Below are positions 8,906 to 15,385 of a DNA stretch of 15,385 nucleotides, piece after piece (the first letter of the stretch is position 1; every line of letters begins with the position of its first letter). The notes beneath the pieces are model-generated. The model had not been told where the DNA came from, did no database searches, and worked only from the letters and a program-made list of their open reading frames with translations. This stretch comes from Octopus sinensis (lineage: Eukaryota), in assembly GCF_006345805.1 (NCBI RefSeq), contig NW_021825500.1:1-15385 (forward strand), read 5' to 3'. The position numbers and the translations under genes were made by a program.

Positions 8906-9284
8906 TGTTATGTTATGTTTGTTATGTTATGTTATCCAGTTTCAGCTCTTGAGCTGTGGCCATGCTGGGGCACCGCCATTTGGTGTTGCTACATGATTTT
9001 GCCTCACGAATGCTTTTTAGCAACTGCCATTTGGTGCATGAGAGAGTTCGATGCAGCTGCCCTCATCTGCACTCATATATATATATACATTCCTGCCGTG
9101 AAGTTGGTTCATCCTGGACACCTGACAGGAAGAGATCCAGTCCTACTTTTAAGACATCCGCATCCACCCCATGCAGGTCCCTCAGGTTCTTCGGGAGGAT
9201 ATTGAAGAGCTGTGGGCCTCTGAAGCCCAGGCTATCATAGTATCTTGTCCTACATCTTGATGGCAAATTTGGAGTCCTTGGTGC
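8906..9284 (-). mobile_element. 3' end of a CR1/L2-group LINE (ORF2 C-terminus, 3' UTR, (TAACA)n tail)
   Basis: Minus-strand translation APRTPNLPSRCRTRYYDSLGFRGPQLFNILPKNLRDLHGVDADVLKVGLDLFLSGVQDEPTSRQE, then a 17-nt (TA)n insertion at 9073-9089, then VQMRAAASNSLMHQMAVAKKHS* (stop 9006-9004). The motifs RGPxLFNxLP, LDxFL and DEP..RAAASNSL resemble CR1-group ORF2 ends. A short UTR and the tandem tail at 8906-8935 follow. Confidence 0.8.
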
Positions 9285-9302
9285 ATATATATATATATGC
9301 AC

Positions 9303-9343
<41 letters not shown>

Positions 9344-9477
9344 TTAGAAAAAAACTCACCTTTTATCAATTCAAAATGAACAATTAAATTACACCATCTA
9401 GAAAATTACATATAATAGAAATATTAAAATTAAAATAACAATAGAATGTCAATGATTAAGTAAATGCAAATATAATG

Positions 9478-9525
<48 letters not shown>

Positions 9526-9528
<3 letters not shown>

Positions 9529-9843
9529 TCCTTTACTTGTTTCAGTCATTTGACTGCGGCCAAGCAGGAGCACCGCCTTAAGTCGAACAAATCGACCTCA
9601 GGACTTATTCTTTGTAAGCCTAGTACTTATTCTATTGGACTCTTTCACCGAACCACTAAGTCACGAGGACGTAAACACACCAACATCGGTTGTCAAGCGA
9701 TGGTGTGGGGACAAACACAGATACATAAACACACACATACATACATATATATATTTGACACATAAACACATACCTACATATACATATATATACATATATG
9801 TGTGTGTGTGTGTGTGTGTGTGTACGTATGTATGCATGTATAT
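9526..9843 (-). mobile_element. SINE family A, 3' half plus internal microsatellite; head missing
   Basis: 9526-~9730 aligns with 7408-7578 and with 1-100. The microsatellite runs to 9843, where a mariner end begins. Confidence 0.9.
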
Positions 9844-9844
9844 A

Positions 9845-10115
9845 CGAGGGTGAGTCAAAAATTAATGCCATTTTGTTTAAGACAGGTATAATTACCAACA
9901 CAGGAACATGTATCATAGATCAAAATGAAGCTGGTCCTCTGTGGATCACATCCCTACTTCTCAATATAGTCGCCATTTCTCTCAATGGCAATGTTCCACC
10001 TTCAAATGAGAGCATGTATCCCTGCCCCGTAAAATTTTGTTGACTGTTGTTTGAGCCACTTCTTCACTACAGTTTTCACTTCGTAGTCACTGGACTATGA
10101 TCGTCACTGGACTAT
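9845..10115 (-). mobile_element. Mariner transposon 3' end (TIR plus transposase C-terminus)
   Basis: The terminus ta|cgagggtgagtcaaaa is at 9843-9860. Minus-strand 10094-9954 reads SSDYEVKTVVKKWLKQQSTKFYGAGIHALI*RWNIAIERNGDYIEK*, a typical mariner C-terminus. No second TIR was seen. Confidence 0.85.
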
Positions 10116-10230
10116 CATCCATGAAGGAGGACTTGAGAGGCACTTATATGAGAGGCTCTCCCGAGATTAATATTCGATATTCTGACGAGACAACTGTTAA
10201 GTTGGATATATATATAGAGAGAGAAGTAGG

Positions 10231-10301
<71 letters not shown>

Positions 10302-10333
10302 GATAGATAGATAAGATAGATAGATAGATAGAT

Positions 10334-10375
<42 letters not shown>

Positions 10376-10393
10376 TGATAGATAGATTAGATA

Positions 10394-10464
<71 letters not shown>

Positions 10465-10525
10465 GATAGATAGATAAGATAGATAAGATAGATAAGATAG
10501 ATAGATAGTAGATAGATAGATAGAT

Positions 10526-10560
<35 letters not shown>

Positions 10561-10642
10561 GATAGATAAGATAGATAAGATAGATAAGATAGATAAGATA
10601 GATAGATAGATAGATAAGATAGATAAGATAGATAAGATAGAT

Positions 10643-10703
<61 letters not shown>
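10231..10703. repeat. (GATA)n microsatellite with GATAA interruptions
   Basis: Directly visible, about 470 bp. Confidence 0.98.
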
Positions 10704-10934
10704 CTTTACTTGGTTACTCTTCCTACTAGAAATACCACTATAACATATTTTTATGTTAGAGTGAATGTGTGTGTGTTAGTGAAGTATTCATTTTGTTTAT
10801 ATGTTTTGTCAGTGCTTGTTTGTATATGTCAAGCTTTTCAAAAAACATAATTTGTTATTTAACGAAAGTATTTATGTAAATGTATGCATAACTATGTAAA
10901 TATTCACGTATATAGGCAGTAAGTATATACATAG

Positions 10935-10966
<32 letters not shown>

Positions 10967-11013
10967 TTATATATGTATGTATATATGAATGGATAGATGG
11001 ATGGATTGATGTA

Positions 11014-12269
11014 CAGGGTTCGAAGGTATTTGAAGACATAACTTTTTTAGGTCGTTGCTGCATTTTTTGCTAACTCTGTATAATCTTTGTTTCAGAAAAT
11101 AATAATGGCAGACCATGAGCTTAGTCAAGAAATGAATAGGCATGCTGTTATTGCGGTTATAAAGGCTGAGCATAGAAATTTAGAAATATTTCGACTTTTG
11201 AAAGTTGTCATATCTTTCGTCTACAAAGTTTGTAAAGGAGTTAGAGACTGAAAATGGAAACTTATCAACAGTATCAAAGCATAAAAAAGCATCCTAAACG
11301 CTCTAAAATCATGAGGACACCTGAATTGATCCAGCAAGTTCAACAGACCATTGATTACAATCCCAGAAAGTCCATGAGGTCAATTGCAAAAGATCTCCAT
11401 GTGTCAGAAGGAACAGTCAAAATGTTGGCCACGAAGACATCAGATATAAGTCTTATATGATGAGGAAAGGTCAATTTGTCAGAAAAAGGAAAAGAAAATC
11501 ACTACATCAGATCTAAAAGGCTCTTAAACAAACTGAAAAAACCAGCAGAAGATTTGATTTGGTTTTTCTCAAATAAGAAAAACTTCGATCAAGATCAAAA
11601 AGTTAACAGAAGAAATGACAGATGGTTATTTACAGACCCTTTTGAAGTTCCAAGTGTTATGCATACAAAATTTCCTGCAACTGTCAAGGTTTTTAATGGT
11701 TGTCAGCAATGAAGGACATGTGATGCCTCCTTACTTCTTTCCACAAGGCCTTAGAGTTAACTCTGCCGCTTACATTGAGATCCTGGAAATAATTGTTAGG
11801 CCGTGGATAGACAGTGTATGCAATGGGAGGCCATATGTGCTTCAATAAAACTCTGCACTATCACATATGGCTTTAGTAACACAGGAATGGATGGCTGAAA
11901 ATTTCCATGATCACTTAACCCCTAACATTTGGCCTTATAATTCCCCAGATCTCAATCCATTGGACTATTACACGTGAAGCGTTATTGAGAGAGAGGTCAA
12001 TGAACATGCCCATAACACCAACAATTTTTTGAAAGCTGCCATAATCAGAGTAATATCCAACATGAACCAGGACCACTTTATTCGAGCATGTAGATGATTT
12101 AGATCTCATATAGAAGCAGTTGTTGAAGCTGAAGGTGGCTTTATTGAATAACATTATAGAAAAGAAGGTTTATTTTAATCCTCATAGCATTTTGGTAAAG
12201 TTATTATCTATTACTATATATCTGTTTTTTATAAACATAAATCTGTCCTCAAATATCTTACGCACCCTG
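11014..12269 (+). mobile_element. Full-length Tc1/mariner element of the DD37D (maT) family, defective
   Basis: Imperfect TIRs of about 26 bp (cagggttcgaaggtatttgaagaca vs the reverse-complemented right end cagggtgcgtaagatatttgaggaca). TA lies at 11012-13 and 12270-71. The internal transposase is a pseudogene. Confidence 0.92.
11105..12151 (+). pseudogene. maT (DD37D) transposase pseudogene
   Basis: ATG at 11105 (MADHELSQEM..), an HTH region (NPRKSMRSIAKDLHVSEGTV), WFFSNKKNFDQDQKVNRRNDRW, LQ*NSALSH..WPYNSPDLNPLDY and the end VVEAEGGFIE* (12149-51). There are 37 residues between catalytic positions 2 and 3. It carries several frameshifts and stops, and the first two Asp appear as Asn. Confidence 0.92.
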
Positions 12270-12309
12270 TATATACGTGTATATGTATATGTACATGTGT
12301 ATATACATT

Positions 12310-12356
<47 letters not shown>

Positions 12357-12519
12357 ATATATATATATATATATATATTTCGCTTTTGTTTTGTATTTGG
12401 TTTGCAGATTCTTTATGTGAATTAGTGTGTTGAAGCATATTCTGTGTCTGGAGAAAGTCATTCGGTTTTAATGCCTTATTAATTAACACACTCACTGGTT
12501 CGATTTCCAATCATTTACT

Positions 12520-13061
12520 TTTTATACTTCTTTCATTCTTCATAATTAAGATAAACAAAGTTCTTTTTTAGTCTAAAATATACTCTCTTTCATTTTCTGC
12601 AATGCTCTTCCATCTATCTGGTAGACTTGCAAGACCCCTCTTCTAAAATTCACTTGTCCTTAACGAAAAACATTTCTCCAGTAGTGTTCTGTCCTCGTCT
12701 ACAGAATTCATAATTTTTCCGTCCAAATGATTTTGAAGACAATGAAATAAATAACCAGATGGGGCAATGTCCGGCAAATATGATGGGTGGGGCATCGTTT
12801 CCCATTCAAACTGCTCCAGCCTTTCGAATATCATCCTTGCTGTATGTGACCGAGCATTATACTGATGGAAGAACACCTTTCGTCTTGAAACCAAAGATGG
12901 TCGTTTTCCTTCTGGCGCTAACTTGGATGAGTGGTTAAATGAGTAAATCCAAGCTTCTCTGCTAGTTCCTCAACAGTTACGATGGGATTTTGTTCCACCA
13001 GGGTTTGCAAGGCTTCTTCGTTGAACTCTACAGATCTTCCAGGACGCGGCTTGTTTTCTAC
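12520..13061 (-). mobile_element. Internally deleted mariner (DD34D) transposase relic
   Basis: The HTH part VENKPRPGRSVEFNEEALQTLVEQNPIVTVEELAEKLGF (13061-~12945) is joined near 12925 to KRPSLVSRRKVFFHQYNARSH..HPSYLPDIAPSGYLF (34-residue spacing) and the C-terminus RGLASLPDRWKSIAENEREYILD* (stop 12570-12568). No TIRs were found. Confidence 0.88.
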
Positions 13062-13260
13062 ACAAGGATAGTGTGGTCTTAGATACTTTATGCTTCAGAA
13101 AAGACATAGATTGGCTAAAAGTTTTTAATGATAGTTCTGCATGATTATTTCGGCCTCCTACGCTGAACAATATGGCAATTATGTTATTTTTGAACAGTCT
13201 ATCGTCGGTTCGTTTACGATTCATGTTCTTGGACATGGAACCAAACAGGACTATGTATAC

Positions 13261-13267
13261 ATATTCA

Positions 13268-13325
<58 letters not shown>

Positions 13326-13342
13326 CGCGTATGTATATGTAT

Positions 13343-13398
<56 letters not shown>
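13261..13398. repeat. (TG)n-(CA)n-(TA)n compound microsatellite
   Basis: Directly visible. Confidence 0.95.
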
Positions 13399-13402
<4 letters not shown>

Positions 13403-13454
13403 AATATTAAATTTCTAAATGTCTCAAAGAGACATGAGCGGTGGTGGAGCGAAG

Positions 13455-13833
13455 GAGTGGTTGTATACTGTCAACTTAACGTGACAGTCCCGTAAAGGGA
13501 ATTACACCACCGGTGTTTAGCCCTAGGAAGCATCGAACGCTTCCTGTCGGCTTTGACACATTTTCTGTGTCCTTATATTTGTGAAGGCTGAACGGGCACT
13601 TCAATCAGCAGATCTCACTATCCTGGGCTGATGTCGGATTAAGACCCAGAAACATGCATGTCCTCAGGTGTGAATCTTGGCTGGTAGGGGTGCTTGCCTC
13701 CCCTTCACAAATATAAGGACACAGAAAATGTGTCATAGCCGACAGGAAATGTTCGATGCTTCCTAGGGCTAAACAGCGGTGGTGTAATTCCCATACGGGT
13801 CTGTCACGTTAAGTTGACAGTATACAACCACTC
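13455..13833. mobile_element. 379-bp foldback element with long inverted arms, unclassified
   Basis: The left arm 13455-13587 (133 bp) and right arm 13702-13833 (132 bp) differ by 6 substitutions and 1 indel by hand alignment. The spacer is 114 bp. No TSD: the left flank is gaag and the right flank is (TA)n. The inverted repeat is certain; mobile origin is inferred. Confidence 0.75.
13611..13676 (+). ncRNA. Type I hammerhead ribozyme-like motif at the apex of the foldback
   Basis: Stem I cctggg (13622-27)/ctcagg (13663-68); core CTGATGT (13628-34); stem-loop II 13635-48; GAAA (13649-52); palindromic stem III ACATGCATGT (13652-61); GUC triplet with predicted cleavage after 13662. Stem I extends past an internal loop (tcac/gtga, gat/atc). 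Position 9 is U or deleted and stem II has one mismatch. Confidence 0.65.
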
Positions 13834-13875
13834 TATATATATATATATATACATATATATAAACACATACATACA

Positions 13876-14091
13876 CGAGTGAGTACTGAAAAGTTCCTGG
13901 TTTGGACGAAAGAAAATACAAGATGATCAGTTAATTATGATTTTATTCAACATATTCTTCTTTCAGATTCACACACTTATTGCAATGGTCCTTCAGTTTT
14001 TCTAAGCCCTGTAAAAGAACTCCGAAATTTGGGCCTCCAACCAGGGCTTTCGCAATACTCTTAAAGCCAATAACTTTTAAGCAACCCCTCA
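13876..14091 (-). mobile_element. Mariner-derived MITE (216 bp)
   Basis: Degenerate TIRs cgagtgagtactgaaaagttcctggttt and (reverse complement) tgaggggttgcttaaaagttattggcttt. TA lies at 14092-93. It retains the transposase C-terminus LLQGLEKLKDHCNKCVNLKEEYVE* on the minus strand (stop 13945-13943). Confidence 0.85.
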
Positions 14092-14126
14092 TATAACTAA
14101 ACAAATATATATGCATATATATTTAC

Positions 14127-14550
14127 GTGTGTCTATGTTTGTCCCCGCCACCGCCTGACAACCGGAGTCGGTTTGTTTATATCCCCGTAATTTAGCGGTT
14201 CCGCAAGAAAGAAGACGATAGAATAAGTACTAAGCTGCTCTTGCTGTTACTACTACTACTACTACTACTGCTGCTGCTTCGGCTGCTGCTTCAACAACAA
14301 CAACAACTACTACTACTACTACTACTACTACAGCTGGTTTTGCTTCTGCTACTGCAGCTACGGTATTAGTCGATTGTAGAATCCTTAGCCGTTACACAAC
14401 TATGTTTCTCATCGCAACTTCGGTCCATGGCAACGGTGACCCCGTTGCGGTCCGCGAGCTACAGGCGGCTAGCAAAGCTACTGTTTTGAATCGTTGGGTT
14501 AAATCCCTTTAAGATGGTGCTCCAGCATGGAATCAAGTAAATAAAAAAAA
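14127..14550 (+). mobile_element. SINE family A 3' half, split by an insert of about 257 bp (~14236-14492)
   Basis: 14127-14235 matches the A body (atgtttgtcccc..tgacaaccg..tccccgtaa.ttagcggttc.gcaa..gatagaataagtact). It resumes at ~14493 with the tail ggtgctccagcatgg..caagtaaa. Confidence 0.75.
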
Positions 14551-15050
14551 TATCCTTCTACAGAGTTTTAATTACTAACCTAGAATGATTAGTTTCTGCT
14601 CGTTTAAGGGTTCTTATTGAATCATCATTTTTGTAGCTTAAAAATTTCGCTGATGAATTTTTTTAAGGTGTTAAGGAAAAATTACCCTGAAAGGGAATGA
14701 TGGTGTGGGAAGGAATTTCAACCGTGGTCTGCTACCACAACAGCTCCTTCATAGGATCCAGTTAGCTCAAGACATCATCAGGAGGAACCACGTCCGGTTT
14801 CGGCCCCTACTCCTCCAACGTTTTGACGTGGCGGCCCCCCGCCTTTCGGAGACGTCTTCAGCTCTAGTGCTGGGTGCATGTCTTCTTTCTTCTTCTTTCT
14901 TCTGTTCCCTGGCCTCTTCGATGTAGCGTCAGCGAGTGTCAGCGGGCGACTGACTGTCTTGTCAAATTTTTTTCCTTTAAAGGAAGATGAAATTGTTAGA
15001 AAGACAAGATTTCCATATTGCTTCAAGACATCCATTTTCCATCCGATCAT

Positions 15051-15270
15051 GCCTATTTCTTTACTACCCACAGAGGGGACAAACAAGGACAGACAAACGG
15101 ATTAAGTAGATTATATCGACCCCAGTGCGTAACTGGTACTTATTTAATCGACCCCGAAAGGATGAAAGGCAAAGTCGACCTCGGCGGAATTTGAACTCAG
15201 AACGTAGCGGCAGGCAAAATACTACTAAGCATTTCGCCCAGCGTGCTAATGTTTCTGCCAGCTCGTCGCC
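15051..15270 (-). mobile_element. SINE family B monomer with 15-bp target-site duplication
   Basis: The head ggcgacgagctggcagaaacattagcacg starts at 15270, the B-box is at 15198-15186 and the end aaagaaataggc is at 15051. TTTCCATCCGATCAT lies at 15036-15050 and 15271-15285. Confidence 0.93.
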
Positions 15271-15290
15271 TTTCCATCCGATCATACCGC

Positions 15291-15385
15291 TCATTCCTCT
15301 CCTCCATCAATCCACCCAACCATCCATCTATCCATCCTTCCATCCACTCGTCCAAACAACCAGCCAGCCAGCCAGCCAACCAGCC
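15291..15385. repeat. (CCAT)n grading into (CCAG)n microsatellite
   Basis: Directly visible. Confidence 0.9.

Noticed and set aside
9360-9397. 38-bp minus-strand mini-exon (ttttctAG|...AAG|GTGAGT; open frame WCNLIVHFELIK)
   Set aside because: The splice-like motifs lie in very AT-rich sequence wedged between (TA)n tracts. There is no homology or independent support; RNA-seq would be needed.
10086-10115. 13-bp direct repeat gtcactggactat at the broken end of the mariner fragment
   Set aside because: It is most simply a small local duplication at the truncation point, with no evidence of function.
12379-12519. Non-simple segment between (TA)n and the mariner relic, possibly another repeat family
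   Set aside because: It has no second copy in the window, no termini and no coding trace, so it cannot be classified from sequence alone.
14425-14434. RFX/X-box-like CCATGGCAAC (and GTTGCCAT at 5715-5722)
   Set aside because: These are half-sites only and are expected by chance at this length.

Overview
Non-coding, AT-rich eukaryotic DNA made mostly of microsatellites and decayed transposable elements. The repeat families look like ones I recall from octopus genomes, but that is an inference from memory and no search was run. No intact protein-coding gene is supported. Most long ORFs in the supplied track are artefacts of (TA)n, (CA)n, (TACA)n and (GTG)n tracts. The window holds at least four tRNA-derived SINE families (called A-D here), the 3' end of a CR1/L2-group LINE, an R4/NeSL-like RT fragment, a probable Penelope-like terminal fragment and four Tc1/mariner relics, one of them a full-length DD37D (maT) element with TIRs and a TA duplication. 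The most interesting signals are three. (1) A 379-bp foldback element (13455-13833) whose 133/132-bp arms continue through imperfect pairing to a type I hammerhead-ribozyme-like junction at the apex. (2) A second, minimal hammerhead-like motif at 6648-6683 (-). (3) A 3'-tail stem-loop shared by the LINE, SINE A and a third tail variant, with different but still-pairing stem sequences, which suggests a LINE-SINE partnership. A CpG-rich block ending at a perfect minus-strand splice donor (5422) is the only hint of a host gene.
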